From Octopus sinensis (lineage: Eukaryota): a stretch of DNA of 64,000 nt. Location of the stretch: assembly GCF_006345805.1 (NCBI RefSeq), contig NC_043006.1, forward strand, positions 105,028,001 to 105,092,000. Reading direction: 5' to 3'. The notes beneath the pieces were generated by a model that saw only the letters and a program-made list of their open reading frames with translations, had not been told where the DNA came from and searched no databases. Below are positions 11,690 through 25,268 of the stretch, piece by piece; position 1 is the stretch's first letter; each line of letters opens with the position of its first letter. Both the position numbers and the translations under genes were made by a program.

Positions 11690-11983
11690 TCTGTAAAATA
11701 ATATGTGACAATTATTCAATAGCAAAGATAAAACTCTGAGTTTCGGATGCCGAAGTGGAAATCCACAACACCATCTCTTACACAAGTAGGAGAACTCAGT
11801 CATGGTAACCAGTCATGCCAACCAGTCATGGCAACCACAACACATCCAACATCTGGCCAAACTCAGAGTTTTATCTTGGCTATTGAATAACTGTCACATA
11901 TTAATTTACAGATAAATTTCCTCTATTTACATAATATTGAGGTCTCTTTCTTTCTTTCGTTATCTTACCGTTTTTACCAATAT

Positions 11984-11985
<2 letters not shown>
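11690..11985. mobile_element. Penelope-LTR-like fragment with 54-bp inverted arms (11690-11743 / 11859-11912) around a maT-derived insert
   Basis: 3 mismatches between arms; insert resembles 10990-11058; (AT)n on both sides. Confidence 0.65.
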
Positions 11986-12057
<72 letters not shown>

Positions 12058-12423
12058 GGTACTTGTCTGGTATTTAATGACGACCGGAACCGCTGCTGCG
12101 CTAGTATCGAACAGTGAGAATGAGTGCTCATTGTTGGATAAATATATACTTCATTTTTTTTTATTTACGAGACAACCAGTGGTTTCTCGTACAAAAGGTC
12201 TCCACCAATATTCAAGTAAACCACATGGGAACATTGGTATTAGTCTCAGTTTTACGAGTACCAGCATTTCCAAGGGTTTGGTTTAAATTACTGAATAATT
12301 CTGGAGATCTCCTCTGCATGAAAACGTTGGTCGCTTTGTTATTTAGTTGATCTTATTTTTGTACGTTGTACGTTGAAGATGCAGTTTTTCGTTCAAATGA
12401 ATTACCTTCTGTATTAACCTTTA

Positions 12424-13546
12424 CGAGGGGCGTTCAATAAGTAATGCTTCTGACCCACTTGCATGTGCACTTATTTATACCTCTATAGATTAAGTGACGA
12501 ATTACAGCTCTGAACTAATTGTGGTTTCTGATTTACAGGTGTTTGAACTGAGTCAAGTGTGAAATGGAGCCTGTTGAGTGTCGAGCAGTGATCTGGTTTT
12601 TGTATTTGAAAGAACAGCTCCCAGATCTGGTCGCCCCTTCTGCCATTGATGAGGCATCTGTCCGTCAAGTTGAGGCTGCCATTTTGGAAGATCGACGCAT
12701 AACTATTCGCCAAATAGCCCATGAGGTCAAGATTAGTACCGGGTCTCTGGAAACTATCATTCATGACCATTTGCATATGCAAAAGGTGTCTGCCAGATGG
12801 ATACCCAGGTTGCTCACGCCTTTCCAGAAGCAAGAACGCGTCGAGTACTCGAGGGTGAATTTGGAGATGTGTCAAGAAGATGAGTCAAAATTTTTCAAAA
12901 GACTGATCACACAGGATAAAACCTGGGTCCATCACTATGATCCATAGACCAAAGCCCAGTCAATGCAGTGAAAGCACCGTGACTCACCTCCTCCAAAGAA
13001 GGCAAGGGTGCAGCCCTCCGCTGACAAGGTTATGCTCACAGTCTTCTGGGACCAGGACGGAGTAGTGATGACAGATTCCTGGCAAAGGGTACCACAATTA
13101 CAGGAGCCTATTATGCTTCACTTTTGAGGAAATTAAGAGAAGCTATCAAAATCAAGAGGCGGGGCAAGATCAGCAAAGGCATCCTCCTCCTGCAGGACAA
13201 CGCTCCGGTCCACAACTCGCGTGTCGCCAGATCAGAAGCACAGGCGTGCAGCTATGAACTCCTCCTCTTGCACCCTCTGATTTTCACCTCTTCCCAGCCA
13301 TGAAGTTGATTTTGAAAGGAAAGCGTTTCCCAGATGATGCAGCGTTGATTTCTGAAGTCACGTCGTGGTTGGAGGACCAAGCTGGGGTCTTCTACAAAAA
13401 CGGTCTCCAGAGCTGTATCAAACGATGGGAGAAATGCATAACTCTGGGTAGTTCCTATGTAGGAAAATACTAATAACTGTGCCAAGTGTCGTTGCTCTAC
13501 TTCTATGGGAAGTGGGTCAGGGGCATTACTTATTGAACGCCCCTCG
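12424..13546 (+). mobile_element. Mariner DD34D (irritans-like) with both TIRs and TA duplication; transposase pseudogene with internal deletion
   Basis: 37-bp TIRs cgaggggcgttcaataagtaatgc..ctgacccactt; ITQDKTWVHHYDP, KVMLTVFWD, LLQDNAPVH; in-frame stops. Confidence 0.93.
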
Positions 13547-14179
13547 TAAGTGGCTTAACACTCCATAGAATGATGTGTTCCTTTATAAACTAATCAACTA
13601 TCAAATTTAGCGTGAATTCGAATGTGCCTAAGATGTAACTTAAATATAAATATACAGGTTTCATAACAGGCTTCCATAAATTTTTCGACACCGCAATCGT
13701 CTTCACAATTTATGATAGCACTCTGGGGGTTATATAAGACATACATTTGTCTAAGATGCCTTGCAACTGGATCGACCCTCGTGGCTAAAACCCAATCTTA
13801 AATAAGTACCAGACACAAAATATACACTAGGGTCGATATGATGCAGTAAACCCCTCAAAGCACAGCAGCATCTTTGCCGCAATACATTGCCTGAAACAGA
13901 GAGAAAAGGAAGCTAAAGCAAAGCGTGTATATGACTGAATGTATGTGTGTTTGTGTATAAGTTCCGTATAGCACTCCATATCAGCGTTCTCACAGTTAAT
14001 CTTATTGCCCGCTCAATCTTTTTGTCTGTCAATCATCAAATTTTTCTGAAACTTTGTATTAATTTCTAATTATAACCCTCATGCCTTTCAAATGAAGAAC
14101 AAAGGGGATGTAGCATTCTTTCCTTTTTTTTACCTTTGCCGAACTTCTTCCTACTCGCCTTCACTAACTCCCTCGTTCA

Positions 14180-14248
<69 letters not shown>

Positions 14249-14533
14249 CCTCTCATCCTTTGTCTCTAAATTTCTTTCTCCCCCTCTCTACTTCATTATT
14301 TCTTAATTTTAGTTTATACAGATCGTGTGTATTTTTAAAGAAAATGTTTTCTTCGCATCGACTCCGTCTCTCCCTCCCCTTCTCTCCCACTTCCCCCTTT
14401 CTTCCCTACTCTCTCTCTTTTCTGTCTCTCTCACCCCATCGCATTATCCTCATATATATTTATACCTTTACGCTTCTCTTAAACTTTAAATTCGAGCGAT
14501 TTTCAGCCCGACATATTTGTGTCTATAACAATG

Positions 14534-14907
<374 letters not shown>

Positions 14908-15759
14908 CAAGTCTGCTTTCCTGTCTATTTGTTATATATTACGCGCACACACACAGACACAGGCACAGATACATGAATGTACACACTCATACATAATCAT
15001 AAAAGTACCTATACGTGTATGTATATGTGTGTGTGTGTGTGTGTGAGTGTGTGTGTGTGTATGCATTGCGGGCACCGCACATGTTTGTGCGTATATGTAT
15101 GTATGCATCTAATTTTCTATTCATTATTTTCCCAAACAACTCACTCTTGTCTCTCTATTCGACTTTCCTTTTGCAATTCTATTGGGCAAAATACGATTGT
15201 CGAATCAATAGTATTTGGTCAGGTCATCCTAACCGTGATTTCACATGGTTTCTGTGTAAGAAGGAAAGTGTTGTATGTAGCATAGTGCTTGTATGTGTGG
15301 TAAACGCAGTCTGTAGAAAACTTGTCTGTAGAAAACTTGTCTTCGGAATCACCAAAAGGTCGAATATATTGATACTAAATCGAATTTATTGATAATAGGT
15401 ATCGTATTCAGTCAGACGGTTACGTATAGTTTTATATATGTATGTGTATGCGTATTGATTTTACTGCCTACTGGAATCGATATGAAGAGGACGTGTGAGA
15501 GAAGTAGAAATGCAAGAGAAGAATACGAGATAATCGAGTGCGTGAGAGAGATGTAAGAGGCATGGTGTAATTGAAGAGGACTGGGCAAATGAGTGGGTTA
15601 CTGATTGGAGCGGATTATAGTGCATTTTGAGACCGATAGAATATGTAGCGGGCTTTTAAAAGAAAAAAGTACTGGGGTCGATTCGTTCAACTGAAACTCT
15701 CCAATGCCTACCCTAGCATGACCACGGTTTAATGACTGAAACAAAAAAAGAAAAGGTAC

Positions 15760-16850
15760 GCGCATTAAGGTGGAGGAATGTGAAGCGTAGGATGAGAAAT
15801 CCGGTGGACGTGTGAAAATGAGGTGTGTTCGGAAAGCATAGACGAAGAAATTTGGAAACTGTGCAGAAGTAAAATTCTGAAAGAATGGAACCGAGTGAAG
15901 TGTAAAGGCATAATCATAGGGATGTAGTGATTCGGTGCAATTTTATGGATCTGCAAATGAAAGCCAGTGCAAATGGTTATATGTGGGAAATGTTGTCGAA
16001 TGAAATCATGGTAGCGTGGCGAAGAGAAAAGGTAGGACTCTGGAATTTTGGTGATATGGAGAAATGGAAATCTTAAAGTAGTCGAAGATTTAGCTGTGTG
16101 GAAATCTGAAAATGTGAAGTGGGAACAGTGTGGAAATGCGGAAAATTAGGGAATGAGAAGGGTGTAAGGGTAGAGATATAGAAAAGGTGTGGAATGTTGG
16201 ATTTTTGAGGAATGGAATGATTGAATGAATTGAAACTACGGAATAGTAGAGGTTTGTATATGTTTAAAGACCTGTTGGAAGAGGGTGGCACAGAAATTAG
16301 GCTTAAATCAATATCTGTTACCTGAGGTAATAGATATGTGAAGGAAAGGAGAAATGGAATAGTAGGAGGATGGGATATGAACAAGAAGGTAAAAAGTTTT
16401 CAAGATTTATTGGGGAAAATAGGAAAATAAATAATATACGATATGTTATTAGATTAAATGAGTGGACAAATAAAGACGTGCAGTTGTTGAAGATCGGATG
16501 AGTAAAGATGTAAAGATATTGAGAAAAACTGACGAAGAAATATTTGCATATGTATATGCGAATGAGGAGGTCAAATGTGGAGAAAAAAAAGGTTCGGTGA
16601 AGAAAGGGGATGAAAAAAACTGAAGTGAATAATCATATGAATGTATAAACAACAAGTGCAAAATTGAACGTGGCCATATATAAATAAAAAGTAGGTATCT
16701 AGATATAATGAACAGAAATGAGTGGAAGTGTAACTAAAGGATATTAGATGGTAATCTGAAGAAATGTGGAAGAGCGGCACGTATAGAAACGACGGAAGGA
16801 GATGCCTTTGAAAATTAAGAAATAAAAGTAAGCCGTTCAATTTAGAAGTA
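15760..16850 (-). mobile_element. Highly decayed retroelement-like coding remnant, possibly Penelope
   Basis: Strong purine skew on the plus strand; only weak motif echoes (FLNFQRHLLP, FPFLHIT). Confidence 0.25.
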
Positions 16851-17514
16851 TGTAAACAAATTTATGAGTAAATAACTGACATTTAAAATATGCTTCTTTC
16901 TTCTAACAGCGATGTATTGCCAAAGGATAATATTATAGCTGAGGTATTTTCTTTTTTATGTTAACATACTTATTAGCAAATATATCATAATTTTAAAAGT
17001 TAATAGATATGGTATATAATTCGTACAACTGCGTTTGGGTGTATTGTGAGAGCTAGGTGTTGAGAGGTTTTCTTGCTTCTATTGTCTCGGAATATATGCA
17101 GTGTTGATTCTGAAAATGTTTCATTCAAAGGAAATCAGACTTTAAAATATGAAATAAAAGTACGTGTAATTTCATGAAAAACTGTTTATGTAGTATATAT
17201 TCTTGTTCTGGCGTATTTTTCTATTTAAGTGTAAGATGTTTTCCAAAATGTTAGCAATTATATATTATCTCAGATCTATCATTTGTTTAATTAAATCTTA
17301 TTATTTTTTATTTGCGTAGTTGAATTTTATTTTTCTATAAAGGAGATATTATAATCCACAGACTTCCTTAATTTAGACATAAAATGTATCGTACCCATCC
17401 ATACATCCTCCCACGTATACACACACATACACACACACGTTCTCTCTCTCTCTTTCAACATACACACACACATACACACACGCACACGTATGTACGTGTG
17501 TATGTATATATGTT

Positions 17515-17546
<32 letters not shown>

Positions 17547-17574
17547 TGTATGTATGTATGTATGAATGTATGTA

Positions 17575-17907
17575 TGCTGGACTCAAGAGTCATCTTAAGT
17601 CATAAAGCGAGACAGATGAGTGACAACCTGGCCACTGGTGGTAGTGTTATGCACCATACTAATCATATCTGTCAGGCATATGGAAGAGAGTGTAATTCGG
17701 CAGGAGGACTTAAACGACATGCAAAGGTACATGAAGCCTAGTTACAACTACAGCCAGCTATTACCGGTAAAGGTTTTAGTTGCCAATTCTGTACAAGACA
17801 TTGCAGATCTTTAGCTGGGCTAAAAAGTCACATTCGATCACAGCACCAATAACAGTTAAGCTTCATGCAATGGCCATACTCGATAACGAGGGGGCAGCCA
17901 TAATAAT
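17575..17907 (+). mobile_element. RTE-like LINE 3' end with C2H2-like zinc-finger remnants (tandem copy 1)
   Basis: CQAYGRECNSAGGLKRH and CQFCTRHCRSLAGLKSH; tail gataacgagggggcagccataataat. Confidence 0.65.
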
Positions 17908-17976
17908 GTATGTATGTATGTATGTATGTATGTGTATGTATGTATGTATGTATGTATGTATGTATGAATGTATGTA

Positions 17977-18308
17977 TGCTGGACTCAAGAGTCATCTTAA
18001 GTCATAAAGCGAGACAGATGAGTGACAACCTGGCCACTGGTGGTAGTGTTATGCACCATACTAATCATATCTGTCAGGCATATGGAAGAGAGTGTAATTC
18101 GGCAGGAGGACTTAAACGACATGCAAAGGTACATGAAGCCTAGTTACAACTACAGCAGCTATTACCGGTAAAGGTTTTAGTTGCCAATTCTGTACAAGAC
18201 ATTGCAGATCTTTAGCTGGGCTAAAAAGTCACATTCGATCACAGCACCAATAACAGTTAAGCTTCATGCAATGGCCATACTCGATAACGAGGGGGCAGCC
18301 ATAATAAT
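17977..18308 (+). mobile_element. RTE-like LINE 3' end (tandem copy 2, 402-bp period)
   Basis: Identical to copy 1 apart from a 1-nt deletion; breakpoints in (TATG)n. Confidence 0.65.
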
Positions 18309-18928
18309 GTATGTATGTATGTATGTATGTATGTATGTATGTATGTATGTATGTATGTATGTATGTATGTATGTACGTATGAATGTATGTATGTATGTAT
18401 GTAAAAGTAACACACAAAGAATGAAGCATTATGCATTATCTTACTCGCATACGTGCTTTTGGCATTTCGAATTTTGGTGATGCAGTAATCATGTGTATTG
18501 TATGGTCATATTTGTTCGACTAAGAGATACAGAGATAGATGAATTTCCATCTTTGACAGGCATCGAATGGTGCTAAATTTCTCCTTCTCAGTAGAATCGC
18601 AGTCGACCACATTCGGGATCAATTAATATAGATTACCGCAAATTACTCCATCGCATTATTTTGAAACGGTCAACAATATATATAACGCACATAAACAAAC
18701 TGAAGAATGTTTCATCCCTATTATTTGTCTTTCACCTGTGCTCCGTGAACTTAGACTAAATTCATTTGCTGTTTGAACTTCAGTCTTACTAACTGTACTT
18801 ACAGTGGAAAGTAATTTCACACTACATTGATTCGCATAAGCTTCCACTAGACAATTTAGATAGCCAAGTTTTCTCTCTACGGATCGCTTACAATATTCAT
18901 CTGCATTTTAAATCACCTTTGTTACTTT

Positions 18929-19384
<456 letters not shown>

Positions 19385-19651
19385 CGCGTGTGTGTTTGTG
19401 TGTGCGTGTATGTGTGTGTGTGCACGCGCGCATGCGTGTATAACGTAAAGGAATATGGCTTTGAAATCCGGGTTCTCTCATACATAACATATCTGGATAC
19501 ACACATCGAATGATAGAGAACATTTATAATCGTTTAAAATTAACAATCAGACTATACTTCACGTGATAGGTAAATCCTGAGTTTGCTTCATTGGGTTTCA
19601 TACAGTATACTGGGTATACAATGAAGACATCATACAGAAGAAAGGAACATA

Positions 19652-20907
19652 TCAGGCTGAGTAAAAAGTAAGAAACGTTTTCAGGAATGCGGAAATTTTA
19701 TTCATCAAAGTATGTATCATTAAAATTAACGCATTTTCGCTAACGAGTTACAAGTTTGTCTATTCCGGTAGCATAAAAATCTAGAGTTCTGGAGCTGATG
19801 AACTCTTTGATAGCTCTTTGAGCATCGGTTTGATTTTTGAGCTCTTTCTCTCGCAGGAAACCACCAAGGTGCTTCAAAAAGTGGTAGTCGGTAGGAGAAA
19901 GGTCTGGGAATAAACTGGCTGGGGAAGAACTTGCTAGCCAAGTTTCTTCAATTTCTGGAGCGTCATTAGTATAATGTGGAGTCGAGCATTGACAGGAAGA
20001 ATGACTGGCCCTATTCCGCTGACCAGTCATGGACTGAAGAGTAGCAGTTTTACGTTCTTAATGGCAATTTCATGGCAATATGTTCCTGCAGTGATAGTTT
20101 TTTCCGGGCTTTGAGAAGTTATAGTGGATGAGTCCAGCAGTACACGACCAAACAGTCACCATAACCTTCTATTTGAAGAGCCTGGGTTTAGGGGAGGTTT
20201 TCGGTGCATCATTTTGGTCCAACTATTGCGAAGAACGTTTTTTTTTATTATTGTACAAAATCCACTTTGCATAGCAAGTTACAATACTATCGAGAAATGG
20301 ATCGATCTGGTTACTGAGAACCGACGAACAAATTCCATATCTGCGCATTTTCTGATTTTCATTCAAATCGTGTGGAACCCATTTGTCGAGCTGTTTTGAT
20401 TTTCCGATCGCATGAAAATGGTTGCAGGCAGTTTTCTGGTTAACTTGAAATTCTTTTACCAGTTCTCGAGTGGTTCTACGCGGATCTTCTTCAATGACGG
20501 TCTTTAATTTACTGTCATCGGTAACAAATGGTCATCCACTCCGCTCGCAATCTTCAAGGCTCAGGTCTCCACTGCGAAGTCGTTTAAAACATTTTCGAGC
20601 TGACCACTCACTGGTCATTTCTTCACCAAACGTTTCTTTGATATCGCGAGCAGTTTCAGCTGCTTTACGTCTTTTTTTCAATTTGAATAGCAAAATTGCT
20701 CATTGCACTTTGACAGTTCCATTTCAGATTATTGTAACAATGGTGAAAAAAATATCATTGTTAATTTATTGATGCATTTGGGCAAGTCTATGTCCGTAGT
20801 ATCAGACAATTTCAAGAAAAAGTGTTTTAAAAGAATTGAAAACTCTGCAAAAATCCGGTACAAATTCTTCATGGTTCAAAACGTTGCTTACATTTTACTC
20901 AATCTGA
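19652..20907 (-). mobile_element. Mariner DD34D (cecropia/Hsmar1-like), full length with TIRs and TA duplication; decayed transposase
   Basis: TIRs tcaggctgagtaaaaagtaagaaacgt / acgttgcttacattttactcaatctga; PDLSPTDYHFLKHL...FYATGIDKLVTR. Confidence 0.92.
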
Positions 20908-20959
20908 TATATACATCTTTTTTCTCTAGTTTCAGCTCAGAGCTGCGGCCATGCTGATG

Positions 20960-21350
20960 CACCGCCGTTTTGTGCTACACTGTTATTGCGAAGAACCTCG
21001 TCTAATATGTGGCACTTGGTGAAGAATGGAGTTTGATATAGCTACTCACATTTGCACCTCTGGGACTCTCGACAGGAAGATGTCCAGTTTTGATTTAAAA
21101 ACCGCTACATCTACTTTGTGCAAGTTCCTCAGACTCTTTGGGAGAATATTAAAAAGCTGTGGGCCCTTGAAACCCAGGCTGTTGCAGAAGCTGGTCCTGA
21201 AGTGTAATGGCATTGCTGGGATCTTTGGCAATATGCAGTGTCGTCCCGTTCTATCATTGGTTACAGCTTACAATGCCAAAATTTGACACAATTCCTTCCA
21301 GGATCTTCCAGACATATATCACTGCATACCTCTCCCGTCTTTTCTCCATT
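20960..21350 (-). mobile_element. CR1-like LINE 3' fragment
   Basis: NSLGFKGPQLFNILPKSLRNL..FKSKLDIFLSRVP; homologous to 45700-46075. Confidence 0.75.
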
Positions 21351-22065
21351 CACCAAACTATTATTTTCATCAAATTACAACCCTGCGCGTGTTTCTGCTG
21401 GATAAGTGTCCGAGTATCATTTCGTGTAGCAGATACGTGCATTTGGTTGGTTGACATTAAATCAACTGCAATACATAGGTAGAAGAATAGGGGGGACGAC
21501 GATGAGCGACCGGATGAGCGAGCGGAAGTAACATCACTTCAAGAAGTGGCAGATTCAAAACTGGAAAAATGTGTTCTGAGGGACCATCTTAGGGGAGTGG
21601 TTCTTTCTGGCCAGAAGCTCGAGTAGAGGGCACGGGGTTGGCTACGCCTGTTACGTTTTGCTGGTTCCTGTGACCCGACGTTTGGAGTAACTGTTGCCGA
21701 ATGCATCTCGAGGTAAGAGCAACCTCTATTTGTGGATTCCAACCACAACATATACATTTCAAGGCTGATATTCCTATGCAGTTTTGTTGAAGCTGTGGGT
21801 GAAGAGAACTGAAGATTAAGTATTAGATATATATTCTTAAAGTATTTCGTTTTTGGATTTGGTTTGGAAGATTCTTTATATGAGTTCGTGTGTTGAAGCA
21901 TATTCTGTTGTGTCTGGGGAGAGTCATTTTCTTCTTGTGCCCTATTATGTAACGCACTCACCAGGAACATTTCCACTTTTTTCTGTTTTTTGGTCCTAAA
22001 ATTTTCGTTGCGTCTTTTCAATAGTTTTGACTCTTAAAGTAAATCTATCTATCTATGTATGTATC

Positions 22066-22142
<77 letters not shown>

Positions 22143-23424
22143 TATATATTCTTAAAGTATATATATCTAAAACTATATTGTTCAATGTGTTCTCTCTTAA
22201 TGCCAGTCAGAGAATTTGTTATTTGCAGGAATTTTACAACTATTTCAAGCAAATCATAGATGTGAGAGTGATGGAAATTATGAGAGAAGGAGTTAATGAG
22301 CAGAGAAGATAAATTGGTTAAAGAAAATAGTCTAAAAGAAAGTATGTGTAGATGGTGTGGTGTGGAGTATTTAATATTTTGAAAGGAAAATATACTTTGT
22401 TTGTAGCAAGACAATTCCATGAGCTTGAGAAAGGCAGAGGGAAAGAATATAGAAGAAGCAAAAAAGGAAAAAAAAACTGAGTAAAACGTGAATAGAATAA
22501 AGTGCTCACGTATGCGGATATGTTTTTAATGAAACTGGGAGCCTATTTGTAAAAAGGGACGACGAGAAATTGTTTGAGAAAAGAATAAATATTGATAATA
22601 GGAAATGCTTAAATGTTTCTGCAGTATTTTGTGTGTGTGTGCGCGCGTGTGCATGTGTGTGTGTTTGTATGTGCATGTGTATGTGTGAATGTGTGTGTGA
22701 GTATGCGTGCGTGTTATGTTACATAACTACCATGACATCCGTGTTTCAGGGAACGTGTGTGTGTGATTAAGTGCGTTTGGGGTTATGCAATTCCCGTTGC
22801 ATTGATGTATGTGGTTATATGTGTATGAACGTGTGTCTCAGAAAGCAAGTGCAAAAAGTAGATAATTCCAATTATATATAGATTTTCTATTTACAATAGA
22901 AAAACCTACCAGTATTGGTTCCTACATTGTCACAAGACCACAAATAAAAATGGGATATTAGCTTGACGATGGTGGTGCGGTAGGGGATTACTACGGCAGC
23001 GGTGGTCGTGGTCGTCGTCATCGTTGTCGGAGTATATTCCAGATTCTCTAGTACGTGTGTTTCTATATATTCTTTGAAGCTACGAAGGTTAAGGTCAAAG
23101 TAGACCTCTGTGAGTTACCGAACTAAAGGGACCTAACTAAATACATCAAAGCATTTTATATCCGGTTCTACAATTATCGCCAATTCTTCACCTTTGAACA
23201 ATTAACGATACATATTTTAAATATTGCTATAAAGCCAGACGACTTGAAGGATGTTCCAATTCAACATCCAGGACTATTGTATAATCTAGACTTCCTTCTC
23301 TCCTTCCTTCCTTTCTTCCTTCCTTTCTTCCTTCCTTCCTTCAGGTGTGATTTGTAGAATATCCGGCTTTAATTTCTAGCAAGTCTAGTAACCAAGTAGA
23401 TGCATTTGCTTGTTAGCTAGGATA

Positions 23425-23462
23425 GGTAGTAGTAGTAGTAGTTGTAGTAGTAGTAGTAGTAT

Positions 23463-23509
<47 letters not shown>

Positions 23510-23583
23510 GTAGTAGTAGTGGTAGTAGTAGTAGCAGCAGCAGCAGTAGTAGTAGTAGTCGTAGTAGTAGTAGCAGCAGGAGC

Positions 23584-23612
<29 letters not shown>
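23425..23612. repeat. (AGT)n/(AGC)n trinucleotide array
   Basis: Direct reading. Confidence 0.95.
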
Positions 23613-23614
<2 letters not shown>

Positions 23615-23799
23615 TAGTGGATTTCGTTGGTTTTGTTGTTGTGGTTGTGGTTGTGGTCGCAGTAGTAGCAGTGGTGGTGCTTTGTTAGTGTTGGTGGTGG
23701 TTGTTGATGTGATGGAGGTGACGTAACAGTGACACGTGATGACGGAAAAATTATGTTCGTCTTCTTCATTACATCATGAAGCGTTCTTACAAAGCTCGC

Positions 23800-24343
23800 A
23801 TAATGGACAGCCTTTCGGTCTCACTGCGGCGCCGGTCACCGGCTCCGGCCGCCGCCGCCGCAGCGACAGTCAGCCTTTTACTCGTTCCGAACGACGCTAT
23901 TGCTAATCACTTGCTTCCAAGAGAGAGTCCGAGTTACTCCCGCCATTTCCCCCCTCGCTACGTCCCACGTGTCTTCTTCACTTCGGAGCACTCGGCACAG
24001 GAACTCGTGCTCGATACCGCTGACGACGACGGCTTCGCGATCGCATCGCGTCGCCGGTTCGCAGGAGCCAGGCCGGCCATCCTCTGTTGTCGAAGAAAAT
24101 CTTGCTTGGACGCAGCAATGCGATCACGAGGACCAGGCATCTGCCCCCGTCTCCGTCTCCTCGTTGCCCCTTGGCTGCGCGGCAAACGCGTACACACTCA
24201 TCGCGGCTTCGGATTTCCTTTCGCTCGACCGGATCTCCTCTTCCGTTCGTCGTTCGTCTTCCTTTCCGCCGCACACCCTCCGCGCGACCAATGCCCATCT
24301 TTACGAACCACTTCCACCCGTCTTTCCGTTAGTCCGTCCGTCC

Positions 24344-24413
<70 letters not shown>

Positions 24414-24489
24414 ATGTACGCGGTCTCCGCCGTTAGCTTCTTGGCTTTCTTGAATTCATTCCCTCAACTTTGGCCGCCTCGAAAGGGCG
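23800..24489 (-). other. Probable rDNA 3' ETS/spacer carried with the 28S fragment
   Basis: GC/CpG-rich and contiguous with the 28S 3' end; contains a (GA)n tract at about 24345-24410; left boundary approximate. Confidence 0.6.
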
Positions 24490-25090
24490 GATCATGTCGT
24501 TCGCGAGAAGAGACTCGATAGACCGCAGTGTGGTAGCTGCTCTAAGCACGTCACTCCTAACGGCAAGTCGAGTCGTATGCAAGCGATCTTTTTCATCTCG
24601 ATCTCTTCGAACAAGCCGGGCGGGACGTCGAGGAGGACGACGGCGGGGCCGCCACCGCCGCCGCCGCCAATGTCCAAAAATGGGAATTCCGCCGGCGACG
24701 CTATCGCTCGCCGCGCGAGCGCGACGGACGGACGACGAACGCTGAGGTAAGACATGCGCCTTGAGGTTGAGACGCTTTTGGGAAACAACTCGTGTCTGGC
24801 TACGGTTCGGGCTTAGGGGCGTTCAGCCGTTATCGCTCAGAGGCAGCCTGGCACCATTGCTCTATCGAGCAAGCGCGCTAACCGTTGCTCTGATTCCGCC
24901 GTTCCTCACGTACTGGACGGGATAGCCGTAGTCGAGTTGATGTTGCTGGCACCCACCTAAGGTCGGCGGAAGCGTCGGCGGCAACGACGGACGATGCACG
25001 AGCACGCCGCCGCCGCCGCGCACCGAACCCCCGACGCGACTCAGGGCGCCGTGTACACGCGATGCATCGGTATGTTAAAACTAACCTGTT

Positions 25091-25122
<32 letters not shown>

Positions 25123-25234
25123 GTTAGTGGACGAACAATCCAATGCTTTGCGAATTCTTCTTCGCCATGATAGGAAAATCCAACATCGATGGATCAAAAA
25201 GCGACGCCGCTGCGAACACTTGGTCGCCACAAGA

Positions 25235-25268
<34 letters not shown>
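24490..25268 (-). rRNA. 28S rRNA pseudogene, 3' ~780 nt (domain V to the 3' end)
   Basis: Minus strand has AGAGGTGTCAGAAAAGTTACCACAGGGATAAC, AGGGAACGTGAGCTGGGTTTAGACCGTCGTGA, a sarcin-ricin-loop-like AGTACGTGAGGAAC, CTGAACGCCCCTAAG, AGAGCAGCTACC; several normally invariant bases are changed. Confidence 0.93.

Noticed and set aside
18530-18850. Minus-strand peptide faintly like a GPCR TM6 region (ERQII..VCLCALYILLT)
   Set aside because: In-frame stops, no other helices or splice support; similarity too weak
21539-22021. 160-aa minus-strand ORF
   Set aside because: No recognisable motif; A-rich composition like degraded LINE ORF1
23410-23769. Poly-Ser / poly-Thr mucin-like ORFs
   Set aside because: Translation of the (AGT)n array
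23776-24788. Long GC-rich ORFs (225 aa, 178 aa and others)
   Set aside because: They overlap the rDNA fragment; open frames are expected from the high GC and scarcity of stops
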